From Candidatus Woesearchaeota archaeon (lineage in GTDB: Archaea; Nanobdellota; Nanobdellia; Woesearchaeales; JACPBO01): a DNA stretch of 64,000 nt. The position numbers and the translations under genes are program-made. Positions within the stretch are counted from its first letter, which is position 1. Each line of letters begins with the position of its first letter. Positions 45,582 to 55,571 of the stretch are shown here, one piece after another. The DNA lies in assembly GCA_016180285.1 (NCBI GenBank), contig JACPBO010000005.1:48189-112188 (forward strand), in the 5' to 3' direction. The notes beneath the pieces are model-generated. The model made no database searches, had not been told where the DNA came from, and was given only the letters and a program-made list of their open reading frames with translations.

Positions 45582-47111
45582 ATGATCAAAGGCATGGTTA
45601 TCGGGGGCAGCTTCAATAATGTAATAATAAGGGAGAAGTCCGGAGCAGGCTTGGAGATCGGAGAGCTGCTGATTGCCGATGTTGACCATGGAAAGGTCCT
45701 ACTGCAGGCATACGACCTGAATTACAGCTCCCAGATATCGCAGCAGAACCTGGAGCTCATTTCAGGGATGTCGCTTGAGGAGAATGCAGCGTCTGATTTT
45801 ATGGACGCAAACATAAGGAATTACAGAACGGCATTTTTAAAGAATCTGCTGACCATAAAAAACAACATGCATTGCCTGTGCAAAGAGCTGCCTAACTTCT
45901 TTTCAAATGTAAGAAGCATTGAAAAATCAGATTTAGGCTTCATCAGCATCCCGAAAAATCCCCTGTATATCGGAAAATTAAGGAGCGGATCAAAGACAAT
46001 TGATGTTGATATTGCGCTTAACGGCGAGGATGCGCTTTCGCACCACATTTTGATTCCAGCCACAACTGGCAGGGGAAAATCAAATTTAACAAGCACCATG
46101 CTTTGGAATGCTGCTGACAAAGATTACTGCGGCATTTTGGTTTTAGACCCGCATGATGAGTATTACGGCAGAAATAAAATTGGGTTAAAGGATCATCCTT
46201 CAAAAGGCAAGGTTGTCTATTACACTTCAAAAGATGCTCCTCCTGGCTGCAGGACATTGAAGATAAACCTTGAAACAATAAGGCCCCATCACCTTAACGG
46301 CGTTGTTGACTGGAGCGACCCCCAGAAAGACTGCCTCGATATGTTCAACAAAAAATACGGCAGCAGCTGGATTGAAGCAATAATGCTTGAGAAACTGGTT
46401 GAAGGAAAATTTGCAGAGCAGACAACAGGAGTTGTGAAAAGAAAACTGATGAATTTACTGGATCTGGAATGGGACGGCGTGCAGATGACAACATCAGGGA
46501 TTTTTGAATTGAATGCAGGATCAACAACAATAAAAGATATTGTAAAAGAGCTTGAAGAATCAAAGACTGTAATAGTTGACACTTCTGATTTTGACAGCGC
46601 AGTTGAGATACTGATCGGCAGCATGATAGCATCTGAAATATTCAATAAGTACAAGAATTATAAAAGGACTGGCGAACTTAAAGAGAAGCCGATAATATCC
46701 ATTATCCTTGAAGAAGCTCCCCGTGTTCTCGGCAGGGATGTGCTGGAGAAAGGCCCGAACATATTTTCAACAATTGCAAGGGAAGGAAGAAAGTTTAAAG
46801 TTGGCTTGGTTGCAATAACGCAGCTTCCATCATTGATTCCGAAAGAGATTCTTGCCAACATAAACACAAAAATAATACTTGGCATAGAGATGAAAAGCGA
46901 GAGGCTTGCTGTAATTGAGTCTGCATCGCAGGATTTGAGCGATGATGACAGGAACATAGCATCGCTTGACAAAGGCGAGGCATTGATAACCAGCAATTTC
47001 ACAAAGTTCGCGACTCCTGTAAAGATCCCTCTTTTTGAAGATGTTGTAAGGGAAACCCTGAACAACAAAAATAAAATAAAGAATGATTTCAGCGGGATTA
47101 AGTTAGATTAA
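45582..47111 (+). CDS. HerA/DUF87-family ATPase (HAS-barrel plus FtsK/HerA-type P-loop)
   Basis: N-terminal HAS-barrel-like [11 protein letters not shown]...[19 protein letters not shown], Walker [12 protein letters not shown], Walker B VIVDTSD and [12 protein letters not shown]. Confidence 0.65.
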   Translation: MIKGMVIGGSFNNVIIREKSGAGLEIGELLIADVDHGKVLLQAYDLNYSSQISQQNLELISGMSLEENAASDFMDANIRNYRTAFLKNLLTIKNNMHCLCKELPNFFSNVRSIEKSDLGFISIPKNPLYIGKLRSGSKTIDVDIALNGEDALSHHILIPATTGRGKSNLTSTMLWNAADKDYCGILVLDPHDEYYGRNKIGLKDHPSKGKVVYYTSKDAPPGCRTLKINLETIRPHHLNGVVDWSDPQKDCLDMFNKKYGSSWIEAIMLEKLVEGKFAEQTTGVVKRKLMNLLDLEWDGVQMTTSGIFELNAGSTTIKDIVKELEESKTVIVDTSDFDSAVEILIGSMIASEIFNKYKNYKRTGELKEKPIISIILEEAPRVLGRDVLEKGPNIFSTIAREGRKFKVGLVAITQLPSLIPKEILANINTKIILGIEMKSERLAVIESASQDLSDDDRNIASLDKGEALITSNFTKFATPVKIPLFEDVVRETLNNKNKIKNDFSGIKLD

Positions 47112-47125
47112 AATTTATATAAAAA

Positions 47126-47794
47126 TCATAGTTTTATTGGCTCTGCATTTTTCCATAATCTATCAAATTTTTTTGCATATTTCTGCGCTAAAAATTTCGT
47201 ATCTCGTTTAATGAAAGCTATAGGCACATAGCTCGATTCTTTATAGATATCTACCAACAGCTGGTCTTTGAATTGCCCATTTGTCAGCCGTTCTGCAGCT
47301 TCTTTAAATCTGTGCTGAACAAATCTGTTTTCTTTAATACTTTCAAACAACCATCTTACGTATATGCCGCTTTTTTCTACAGGCCATGCATAATGATGCG
47401 GATTACTCTGTTCTGGAGCATAAACTGTTGGTTTTGTTGCATCCCACAGATGAACACTATCATTATCAAATGCTATGGCTCCTATGACTAAATACCTTGG
47501 AGTTTTTATCACCTTAACAGATTCATTCTCTTCAGCAAGTTTTTCTAAAACAGTGTCTATTCCTTCAGAAACAATTGCATATATCTTGACTGACCTGTCA
47601 ATGGCTCTTTTAAGCGCATCGACAGTAGCTTCCCTGTTCATAAAAGGCGCATCATAGCCTTCAAATACCAGCTGTTTTTGCGTTCTATCGCAATATCTTA
47701 TTACAGTTGAAAAGTATTCTTCCTGGCTTTCGCCTTCAGCGCCAAATCTTTTTATAGCGCCATCAATATTTTTACAAAGAGCAACTATGCCCAT
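47126..47794 (-). CDS. hypothetical protein
   Basis: A 222-aa protein convergent with herA. NIDGAIKR weakly resembles NurA motif I, but the length is short. Confidence 0.3.
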   Translation of the reverse strand: MGIVALCKNIDGAIKRFGAEGESQEEYFSTVIRYCDRTQKQLVFEGYDAPFMNREATVDALKRAIDRSVKIYAIVSEGIDTVLEKLAEENESVKVIKTPRYLVIGAIAFDNDSVHLWDATKPTVYAPEQSNPHHYAWPVEKSGIYVRWLFESIKENRFVQHRFKEAAERLTNGQFKDQLLVDIYKESSYVPIAFIKRDTKFLAQKYAKKFDRLWKNAEPIKL

Positions 47795-47913
47795 TCAAAT
47801 CACCCAATATGATAAAAATAGGTTAACATTTATAAATCTTTTTGTGTTGGCGAGCATAAAAAGCAACTTTTATATATCTTGATAATATTCTATTTACTTT
47901 CAATGAGGATTAA

Positions 47914-49125
47914 ATGAAATTCGCCCATCTGGCAGACATGCACATTGGATCTTGGAGAGAGCCGAAATTAAGGGAGCTTTCTGTAAATGCATTCATAAAG
48001 GCAATGGATCTCTGCATTGAGAAGAATGTTGACTTTATAATAATCTCCGGTGATCTCTTCAATACTTCATTGCCTGCAATTGAAAGCTTAAAAACAACTG
48101 TTAAAAAATTAAAAGAAATAAAAAACAAGAATATCCCAGTTTACATTATAGCAGGCAGCCATGATTTCTCGCCTTCTGGAAAAACAATGCTTGATGTTTT
48201 GGAAGAAGCAGGGCTGTTCATTAATGTTGCCAGAGGGGAAGAAAAAGACGGGAAGCTTAGGTTGAAGTTTACAGTTGATCCAAAAACAGGAGCAAAGATC
48301 ACCGGTCTGCTTGGAAAAAAAGGCACTTTGGAAAGGGGCTATTATGATCTACTTGACAGAGCTGCCATTGAAAAAGAGCAGGGCTACAAGATATTTGTCT
48401 TCCACACAGCACTTACTGAATTGAAAACAGAAGAGCTTGAAGCAATGGAATCAATTCCATTTTCCTTATTGCCGAAAACCTTCAACTATTATGCTGGAGG
48501 CCATGTGCATGAAGTGATGAAAAAAAAAGAGAAAGACTATGAATTGATAGCTTATCCCGGCCCATTATTCCCAAACAGCTTCCGGGAATTGGAAAACCTG
48601 CAGAATGGCGGCTTCTACATTGTTGAAGATGATAAAATAACTTACGAGCCAATACAAATATGCCCTGTTTTATCGCTGGCAATCAGCTGCGACAACAAAA
48701 CGCCTGAAGAAATAAATGAAATTCTGATTAAAGAAATAAAAAACAAGGAATTCAACAATACAATTGTTACAATAAGGCTTGAGGGCATGCTGGAGAGGGG
48801 AAAGCCGTCAAGCATTGATTTTAAAACAATTTTTGAAAAGCTTTATGAAAAATCAGCATACTTTGTGATGAAAAACACAAACAAGCTTTCATCGAGGGAA
48901 TTTGAAGAAGTAAAGATTGAAGTGACATCTGTCGAGGAAACAGAGGAAAAGCTGATTAAAGAGCATCTTGGCCAGATAAAAGTTGAGGGATTGTCTTTGG
49001 AAAAAGAAAAAAGCCTGATAAAAAGCCTTATGAAAGTTCTTGGCGCTGAAAAAGGCGAAGGCGAGAAGACAGCGGATTTTGAGAAGAGGATAAGGGAAGA
49101 GATCAATAAGGTGATTGAGGTTTAA
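47914..49125 (+). CDS. mre11: Mre11/SbcD-family DNA double-strand-break repair nuclease
   Basis: Phosphoesterase motifs HLADMHIG, IISGDLFN, GSHD and GGHVHE. Confidence 0.75.
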   Translation: MKFAHLADMHIGSWREPKLRELSVNAFIKAMDLCIEKNVDFIIISGDLFNTSLPAIESLKTTVKKLKEIKNKNIPVYIIAGSHDFSPSGKTMLDVLEEAGLFINVARGEEKDGKLRLKFTVDPKTGAKITGLLGKKGTLERGYYDLLDRAAIEKEQGYKIFVFHTALTELKTEELEAMESIPFSLLPKTFNYYAGGHVHEVMKKKEKDYELIAYPGPLFPNSFRELENLQNGGFYIVEDDKITYEPIQICPVLSLAISCDNKTPEEINEILIKEIKNKEFNNTIVTIRLEGMLERGKPSSIDFKTIFEKLYEKSAYFVMKNTNKLSSREFEEVKIEVTSVEETEEKLIKEHLGQIKVEGLSLEKEKSLIKSLMKVLGAEKGEGEKTADFEKRIREEINKVIEV

Positions 49126-49175
49126 TAAAAAATTTTAAGATAAATTTATATATCGGCAAGTCTTCATCTAACAAA

Positions 49176-49787
49176 ATGCAAGAAACAAACATTCTTGGCG
49201 TGAAAAGAGCATCAAAACTCAAAAAATTAATTTACAACGGCGTTCCTGCAGAAGATGCTTTGACGAAAGTATTGCCGCGAAAGAAAGTCAGACCAATTTA
49301 TGATGCGTGGAATTATCTTGTAAATAAAAAAATCATAGAAACAGCTAATGAGCCTCATGTTGCAGAACAATACCAAGATAAGTTAGCGCCTTTTATAAAA
49401 TGGGGCGATGATGCTATAACAAGATGGGCGGTATTGACTTATTCTTATTATCTCAGAAAAGAACTTGAAATCAGAGATGTGCTTACTGATCTTGTAAGGA
49501 AACGTATACCTAATTTTTATGGCTTTGATTTCAGAAAAGAGGACAAAGCATTGCTTGAAAAAGCTAGCCAAGAGCATATAAAAGAAGGAAATTTAGAAGA
49601 AAGATCAGAGCGATTTTACACGCTTCTAGGGGTTAATGTTGTTAACCGCGCTTCAGCTACAGGCTTGCTTAAATTTAGGCCGCATCAAACAAATGGCGAA
49701 GCACTTTATCTTTACAGTTGTATAGAAGATAACTTCGGGGAATTTTCTGAAGACATTAAAATGTTGCCGGATGGAGATTTTTCTTAG
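49176..49787 (+). CDS. hypothetical protein
   Basis: A 203-aa protein with no motif. Confidence 0.3.
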   Translation: MQETNILGVKRASKLKKLIYNGVPAEDALTKVLPRKKVRPIYDAWNYLVNKKIIETANEPHVAEQYQDKLAPFIKWGDDAITRWAVLTYSYYLRKELEIRDVLTDLVRKRIPNFYGFDFRKEDKALLEKASQEHIKEGNLEERSERFYTLLGVNVVNRASATGLLKFRPHQTNGEALYLYSCIEDNFGEFSEDIKMLPDGDFS

Positions 49788-50533
49788 CCCAAAAACAATA
49801 ATCCAATCATCACCAAAACCCCAAATACCAGGCTGATCAGCTGGATTAAAGACTTCATGGGAATCACTTCTTTGTGCAGCTCCGGAATCAGGTCAGATCC
49901 TGCAATGTAAATAAACCCGCCTGCTGTCAAAGGAAGAATAAACAGGTTGAAGTCTTTTACTGAAGATCCAATGGCTAAAGCCAATATTGCCCCTAAAAAA
50001 GCAGCCATTGCAGACAAAAAATTGAAGAATAATGCCTTTTTCTTTGAAAGCCCGGCATGCATCAAAATACCAAAATCTCCCATTTCCTGGGGGATTTCAT
50101 GGAATAAAACAGCAAGCGCTGTCGCAATTCCGAGCGGAACAGAAACCAAATAAGAGCCGGCAATCACCATTCCGTCTATGAAATTGTGCAGGCCGTCGCC
50201 AACTAAATTGATCATGGCCAGCGGATGCGGATGCTGCTTTGATGTTGGGATATGGCAGTGCCTCCAGTGGAGGAATTTTTCCAGCATAAAAAATACAAGC
50301 ATTCCGCATAAAATATAAAGCGAAACAACAATGCTGAAGCCATATTCACGGACAACTTCAGGCAGCAGATGAATGAATGTGTCACCCAATAATGCGCCTG
50401 TTGAAAAAGAAATCAAGATCAAAAGCGCCTGATTCAGTGTTTTTTCTTTTATGAAGAATGCGAAGATTCCGATAAGAGAGATTAAGCTGATGATCAGCAC
50501 GCTTATCAGACTGTAAAGCCATTCGATTATCAT
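49784..50533 (-). CDS. ZIP-family zinc/iron permease (ZupT-like)
   Basis: Eight transmembrane segments. HNFIDGMVIAGSY and HEIPQEMGDFGIL are ZIP signature helices. Confidence 0.8.
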   Translation of the reverse strand: MIIEWLYSLISVLIISLISLIGIFAFFIKEKTLNQALLILISFSTGALLGDTFIHLLPEVVREYGFSIVVSLYILCGMLVFFMLEKFLHWRHCHIPTSKQHPHPLAMINLVGDGLHNFIDGMVIAGSYLVSVPLGIATALAVLFHEIPQEMGDFGILMHAGLSKKKALFFNFLSAMAAFLGAILALAIGSSVKDFNLFILPLTAGGFIYIAGSDLIPELHKEVIPMKSLIQLISLVFGVLVMIGLLFLG

Positions 50534-50537
50534 TTTA

Positions 50538-50879
50538 TTATATCACTTTAGTCTCCTTTAAAGCCCTATCAACCTCAGGTTCTACCAGCCCGATGTTTAT
50601 ATTTTCATAGCCTTTAGCTATCCTCAGCTCTAATTCTGCTTTAACCTTTTTAATAATTTTCTCTTTTATGTACTCTGCATCTTGATGAGGGAGGGGCATA
50701 TCTGCCGGATTAATATTCTCTCTGTATTTTTTTGCAATTTCCAAACTGATTAAGAATTCCTTGTCATAATGTTTTCTTATAACTTCTTCATCAATTGCCT
50801 TTTCGAGTATTCTGTGAACAACAGAATTTGAAATGTTGCCTATAAATAAATCCATTAATTTATTTCTGTTTTGACTCAT
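50538..50879 (-). CDS. hypothetical protein
   Basis: A 113-aa protein overlapping the upstream NTase-like gene by about 20 nt. Confidence 0.3.
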   Translation of the reverse strand: MSQNRNKLMDLFIGNISNSVVHRILEKAIDEEVIRKHYDKEFLISLEIAKKYRENINPADMPLPHQDAEYIKEKIIKKVKAELELRIAKGYENINIGLVEPEVDRALKETKVI

Positions 50880-51660
50880 TCTTGATGCCCTCTAAAATCT
50901 TATTCAAAGTACCCTTATAAAGCTTTTTGTACTTGGCTAAAAAATCCTCTTTCAAAACAATATTGTCTTTTAACTTCTGAGCTGTCTTACTGCCAAAAAT
51001 ATTATCAATGGCTGAGTCTATCTTATCTTTAGTTATTTCTTTTTTATCAATAAATAAGCTTATTGCAGCAAGGTTTCTTGTCATTTTGTACTTTTCGTCG
51101 CCTGTTAAAAAATCAAAATTTTCTATCAATGGCTTGCTTTTCAGAAGGTGCAAGTCCAGCAATTTATAGTTTATTTCAGGATTTATTTTATAAATTAATC
51201 TTTTGCTTGAAATGCACCTAGTCAGCATAGCTCGATATAAAGGATCTGTTGAAATTCCTTTTAATAAAGCCTTGTTGCTCATAGCACTTACATGAAACTC
51301 AATTCCAATTTTCTCCTTTAAAGAAGCTTCGATAAGTTTTGCATCGATCTTATTCTCACTAACAACAATAATATCTGCGTCATTAAACCTGAATCCTTCT
51401 TCCAGAAAAGAGCCCGTTATTATGATATTATCATATTTGACGAGCATTCCGATGTTTTTAAATATCTCTTCCGCTATTTTAAGCTTTATTGGCTCCAGAT
51501 ATTCAATATTGTAGAAAAAAGGCTTAAACACTTCTTCAGGCATTGTTTCAAGCGGCTTTATGACAACATAGCTGCCTACGGCGAAATCCGCCCTGTTCTT
51601 CGGGATATAGACCTGATCCATTCTGCTTCCTTTGCTTATTTTGCTGATCAATTCTACCAT
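50860..51660 (-). CDS. AbrB-like N-terminal domain plus nucleotidyltransferase-domain protein
   Basis: The N-terminal MDQVYIPKNRADFAVGSYVVI is an AbrB/SpoVT-like hairpin. IIITGSFLEEGFRFNDADIIVV fits the GS-x9-D-x-D NTase motif. Confidence 0.45.
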   Translation of the reverse strand: MVELISKISKGSRMDQVYIPKNRADFAVGSYVVIKPLETMPEEVFKPFFYNIEYLEPIKLKIAEEIFKNIGMLVKYDNIIITGSFLEEGFRFNDADIIVVSENKIDAKLIEASLKEKIGIEFHVSAMSNKALLKGISTDPLYRAMLTRCISSKRLIYKINPEINYKLLDLHLLKSKPLIENFDFLTGDEKYKMTRNLAAISLFIDKKEITKDKIDSAIDNIFGSKTAQKLKDNIVLKEDFLAKYKKLYKGTLNKILEGIKNESKQK

Positions 51661-51727
51661 ATTACGTAAAAATACGTACTAATATAAAAGGGTTGTGGTT
51701 TTATTAGAAAAAAATCATACTAAAATT

Positions 51728-53143
51728 CTATTTTACCAGCCTCTTCAGTATTTCATTAACCTCAACAGGAGTTGCCTTGCCTTTTGTCTTCTTCATGACT
51801 GATCCTACGATAAAGTTAAGCGCCTTTTCATTGCCTTTTTTATAGTCTTCAGCTGCCTTTGGGTTCTCTGCAATTGCTTCAATGCAGAACTTCTCAAGCT
51901 CTTTTTTGTCAGAAACAGCTTCCATTCCCTGCTCTCTGACATATTTCTTTACGTCAAAAGGCGATTCAACTAATTTTTCCAGCAGCCTCTGGGCAACCTG
52001 TTCTGTTATAATCTTTTTCTCAACCAAATCAAGCAGATCAATGATGTGAGTTTCATCAATCTCCACTTCTTTCAAATCTTTTTTGATGTAATTCAAAACT
52101 CTTGGCAATTCCCTTCTCAGCCATTTTGCAGCCAATAGAGGGTCAATCTCTTTTGCAACCTGCTCGTAAAGCTCTGCGAGCATAAATTCCTGAGCTAAAA
52201 CTTCAGCATCTTCTTTTTTGAGCTTATACTGGGAAACAAAGCGCTTTGCCTTTTCATGCGCCAGCTCAGGCATTGCTTCCTTTATTCTTTCAACCAGTTC
52301 AGCGCTTATTTCAATTCTTGTTAAATCAGGCTCTATAATATAGCCATAATCCTCTTCTGTCTCTTTTGTTCTTAATAAAAATGTAGCCCCTTTTTCAGAA
52401 TCCCATGCCCTTGTCTCCTGCTTTAATTTTTTGCCTTCTTCGATTTCCTTCTTCTGCCTTTCAACTTCATATCTTAGCGCCCTCTCGATGTCCTTGAAGC
52501 CGGTTATATTCTTTACTTCTGCCCTTACATAGCCGCTTTCTCTTATCGAAACATTTGCATCTGCTTTTATTATTCCGCTGTTTGTGTCAAAAATCCTCAA
52601 ATATGCCAATATCGAAATGAGCTGGTTCATGAAATCGCGGGCTTCTTCCGGGCTTTCAAGCTCAGGCTTTGTAACAACCTCAACAAGAGGGTTGCCGCTT
52701 CTGTTGTAATCAACCAGAACAAAAGGAGACTGCTGCATTGATCCGATATGGACAAGCGAAGCAGGGTCTTCCTCAAGGTGCAGCTTTGTTATTCCGATTG
52801 TTTTTCCAGCTTTCAGCTTTAATTTTCCGTCTTTCGCCAATGGAACTTCATACTGAGTTATCTGGAAATTCTTTGACATATCGGGGTAGAAATAAGATTT
52901 TCTTGAAAAGGCAATTTCAGGCGAAACATCTGCGTCAAGGGCAATGCAGAGCTTCAATGCAAATTCCAGCGCCTCATGGTTTAATACAGGCTTGCTTCCC
53001 GGATGGCCTAAACAGACAGGGCAAGTTCTAGTGTTTGGATCTTCATTGCCTTTTGTTGCGCAGCCGCAGAACAGCTTTGTTTTTGTGTTGAGCTCTACAT
53101 GGATCTCAAGGCCGATTACGATGTCGCTTGTAAAGTTTGCCAT
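51728..53143 (-). CDS. gatB: Asp-tRNA(Asn)/Glu-tRNA(Gln) amidotransferase subunit B
   Basis: IGLEIHVELNTKTKLFCGC...PVCLGHPGSKP and the YqeY-like tail. Confidence 0.9.
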   Translation of the reverse strand: MANFTSDIVIGLEIHVELNTKTKLFCGCATKGNEDPNTRTCPVCLGHPGSKPVLNHEALEFALKLCIALDADVSPEIAFSRKSYFYPDMSKNFQITQYEVPLAKDGKLKLKAGKTIGITKLHLEEDPASLVHIGSMQQSPFVLVDYNRSGNPLVEVVTKPELESPEEARDFMNQLISILAYLRIFDTNSGIIKADANVSIRESGYVRAEVKNITGFKDIERALRYEVERQKKEIEEGKKLKQETRAWDSEKGATFLLRTKETEEDYGYIIEPDLTRIEISAELVERIKEAMPELAHEKAKRFVSQYKLKKEDAEVLAQEFMLAELYEQVAKEIDPLLAAKWLRRELPRVLNYIKKDLKEVEIDETHIIDLLDLVEKKIITEQVAQRLLEKLVESPFDVKKYVREQGMEAVSDKKELEKFCIEAIAENPKAAEDYKKGNEKALNFIVGSVMKKTKGKATPVEVNEILKRLVK

Positions 53144-53164
53144 TTTGTTTGTAGATTAAATTTA

Positions 53165-54118
53165 CTATTTAAACCTTTGTTGCCTTATCCCTCTCATCGC
53201 CCGCTTAACATGCTTGTCCTGGATCTTGGACATTTTCAATCTTCTTCTTATCTGATCAACTGTAAAGCCAGCTGCCAGCGCTGCGAGTATGTATCTTCTC
53301 AGCTTCAGATCCCTTTCTATTGAAACAGCTTCTGATACTGCAATCTGCCTTGCTATGAGCAGGATCGCTGATATAACTGCGATTAATATTGCTATTGAAA
53401 TAAATCCTATCAGGATTATTCTTGCGTCGAGATTGAATTTTATTGGGCTGGCAGCAATTCTTTCTTCGCCATCGGGAATAAAAGGAAAGCCGGATTCTTT
53501 GCTCGTGTTGGATTGCTTTGATAGATTAAGGCCGCTGGCATTTTCTAAATTTTCTGCAATGCCCCCTCCAATGGCCGTATTTGTTAGATTTGTAATGTTT
53601 GTCAGGTTGGCCGAGTTAGCCATACTAAGGGTCGCATTTATTGTTTCATTGACCTTAATTGGTTTTTTTCCAGAAGCGCAATCTGCATTGTAAGTTCTGC
53701 CTAACGCTGCGCATGAATAAGCAAAACAACCCCCATTCAGGCAGTAATCATGCCTGCTTTCGGGATAATCAACAAAAAGCTCTCCTTCGCATTTATCCTC
53801 CGGGCATGTTCCTGGGCTGCCGCATGATGCATAATCAACCGGCTTGCCGCATATTGCCTCATAAGTGCTGTCATCGCAGTCTTTTCTGCATGGATTGTTC
53901 AACGCAGGGCAGCACCAGCTTCCAGCGCAGGCTGTTTTTTGCCCGCAGGAGCACCCGACAGCATCAACAACCAACGCGGTTGTGCCGGGGCATTTGTCAT
54001 TTGCATCCGGAACTCCGTCACGGTCGGAATCAGGAACTGCAAAGGCTATTTTTAATAAAACAAATAATAAAAAAACCGCTAAAATATAGAATTTAAAATT
54101 ATTTTTTTTCAAGCGCAT
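53165..54118 (-). CDS. Secreted Cys-rich protein with thrombospondin type-3-like Ca-binding repeat, a transmembrane segment and a basic cytoplasmic tail
   Basis: Signal peptide, DSDRDGVPDANDKCP (TSP3 motif), about 30 cysteines, N-glyco sequon stretch, a transmembrane segment and a C-terminal KHVKRAMRGIRQQRFK. Confidence 0.5.
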   Translation of the reverse strand: MRLKKNNFKFYILAVFLLFVLLKIAFAVPDSDRDGVPDANDKCPGTTALVVDAVGCSCGQKTACAGSWCCPALNNPCRKDCDDSTYEAICGKPVDYASCGSPGTCPEDKCEGELFVDYPESRHDYCLNGGCFAYSCAALGRTYNADCASGKKPIKVNETINATLSMANSANLTNITNLTNTAIGGGIAENLENASGLNLSKQSNTSKESGFPFIPDGEERIAASPIKFNLDARIILIGFISIAILIAVISAILLIARQIAVSEAVSIERDLKLRRYILAALAAGFTVDQIRRRLKMSKIQDKHVKRAMRGIRQQRFK

Positions 54119-54936
54119 TCACCTGCAAAATTAACATTCTTTACTGCAAATTGGTATATGAAAGAATGCGTGTACTTGTAATAAAATGTCTTGAAATCAA
54201 CCAGCTGCACGATTTCATTGTTTTTAAAATAGACATTAACATCATTATCAAACATACTGCAGCGCTGTGAAATGTCGTAAACTTGAGGCGGCTGGCTTTC
54301 CTTTGCAGCCTTTATTGCATTTGCCATCTCATTTGCTTTTTCATACAATAACCCGAGCCTTATCGGAAGCGCAACATTGAACTGCGACAATTCAGCTATG
54401 GAAGATTCCTTTTTTGCAGTTATTGGGTACTGCATTGAAACTGAAATATCCGCCTTGTTTATTTTAAAGCTCACTTTTATTTCATCCGCTTTTGTTACAT
54501 TATACCCCAGGTCTTTCAGCATATTGAAATCGATGCATTTGTCAACTTCTGCTGCAACATATTTTCCGGCTTCAGCTTCGATATTGCTGAGCGCAGGAAT
54601 AGAAATAGCTGCACCATCAAGATAATAAGGAATGTAATAAGTAATTTCGTTGTCACGGTATTGGGCATAGCTTACGCCTTCTTCTTCTTTTAAATAGCCT
54701 CCATGCAGCCCTATTTTTGAAAACACAGCATCCTGAGATGTCGTTTTCAGGCAATTCTCAATATATGTGCGGATCACAGTTGTTTCTACGCTGCCAATAG
54801 TTGCCTCAGCAACTGAGCTTTTCAGCTCGCTTGCCTGCCTGCTGCCTGCTATTGAAAAAACAATGATCAGAGAAATAACTAAAACAAGCCCTATTATAAT
54901 GAATACAGTTATCTGACCTCTTTTTTGCATAATCAT
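54109..54936 (-). CDS. Membrane-anchored extracytoplasmic protein, unknown
   Basis: An N-terminal transmembrane segment and 275 aa in total. Confidence 0.3.
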   Translation of the reverse strand: MIMQKRGQITVFIIIGLVLVISLIIVFSIAGSRQASELKSSVAEATIGSVETTVIRTYIENCLKTTSQDAVFSKIGLHGGYLKEEEGVSYAQYRDNEITYYIPYYLDGAAISIPALSNIEAEAGKYVAAEVDKCIDFNMLKDLGYNVTKADEIKVSFKINKADISVSMQYPITAKKESSIAELSQFNVALPIRLGLLYEKANEMANAIKAAKESQPPQVYDISQRCSMFDNDVNVYFKNNEIVQLVDFKTFYYKYTHSFIYQFAVKNVNFAGECA

Positions 54937-54945
54937 TCCAGCGCA

Positions 54946-55086
54946 TTACTCAACTATCAGCCCGCAAACCCTGCAGATTAATTCGCCATCTTCAAAGACG
55001 ATCTTGCCGCCGCAGTCAGGGCATTTCTTTGGCTTGTCTTCGCTTTCCAAAGCTGCAACATCCTTCTGATTGCCCCAGTTTGTCAT
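54946..55086 (-). CDS. Stand-alone TFIIB-type zinc-ribbon protein (46 aa); below the ORF-track size cutoff
   Basis: MTNWGNQKDVAALESEDKPKKCPDCGGKIVFEDGELICRVCGLIVE contains C-P-x-C-G...C-x2-CG, as in the TFB N-terminal ribbon. Confidence 0.5.
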   Translation of the reverse strand: MTNWGNQKDVAALESEDKPKKCPDCGGKIVFEDGELICRVCGLIVE

Positions 55087-55088
55087 TT

Positions 55089-55571
55089 TTAAATAAATTG
55101 TCCTGTTTTTAAATTTCTTTTACAATTACCCCAAAAATAAATCCTTCCATGCATCGCAATATAAATTCCTTTTTTTAAAACATTTATTGCTCCAATTGCG
55201 ACTCCTACATTAAATGACGCATCAGAATTGGAAAATCTTTCTGGCTTCATCGCACCCGTAAGAATTATGGTTTTATCTTTTATACCGCTCAGTTTTTTAG
55301 CAGTTTCTAGCATAGTGTCTGTGCCATGAGTTATTATAATTTTATCAAAATTTAATTTTTTACAGGTTTCATAAATTTTATTCCTGTCTCCAGAAGTAAT
55401 ATCTATGCTGTCTTTTTTTAGAACTGAAATAATCCGGTATCTGAAATTAGGATTTGCCTTCTCTAAAATTCTTTTTACTGCAGGTTCAGAAATTTCAAAA
55501 GCATAACCTTTAGTTGCTTTTGGGTAATCCTTGTCAATTGTTCCGCCTGTTTGTATGAATAATATTTTCAT
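55089..55571 (-). CDS. Asparaginase-like (type I asparaginase / GatD N-terminal domain-like) mini-protein
   Basis: ILFIQTGGTIDK...IIITHGTDTM are the two Thr-containing asparaginase catalytic motifs. Only 160 aa, so a single domain. Confidence 0.55.
   Translation of the reverse strand: MKILFIQTGGTIDKDYPKATKGYAFEISEPAVKRILEKANPNFRYRIISVLKKDSIDITSGDRNKIYETCKKLNFDKIIITHGTDTMLETAKKLSGIKDKTIILTGAMKPERFSNSDASFNVGVAIGAINVLKKGIYIAMHGRIYFWGNCKRNLKTGQFI

Noticed and set aside
45821-47068. Minus-strand ORFs inside the HerA-like gene (45821..46120, 46018..46278, 46289..46654, 46345..46632, 46658..47068 and 46795..46983)
   Set aside because: They lie antisense to a gene with clear Walker motifs and have low-complexity translations.
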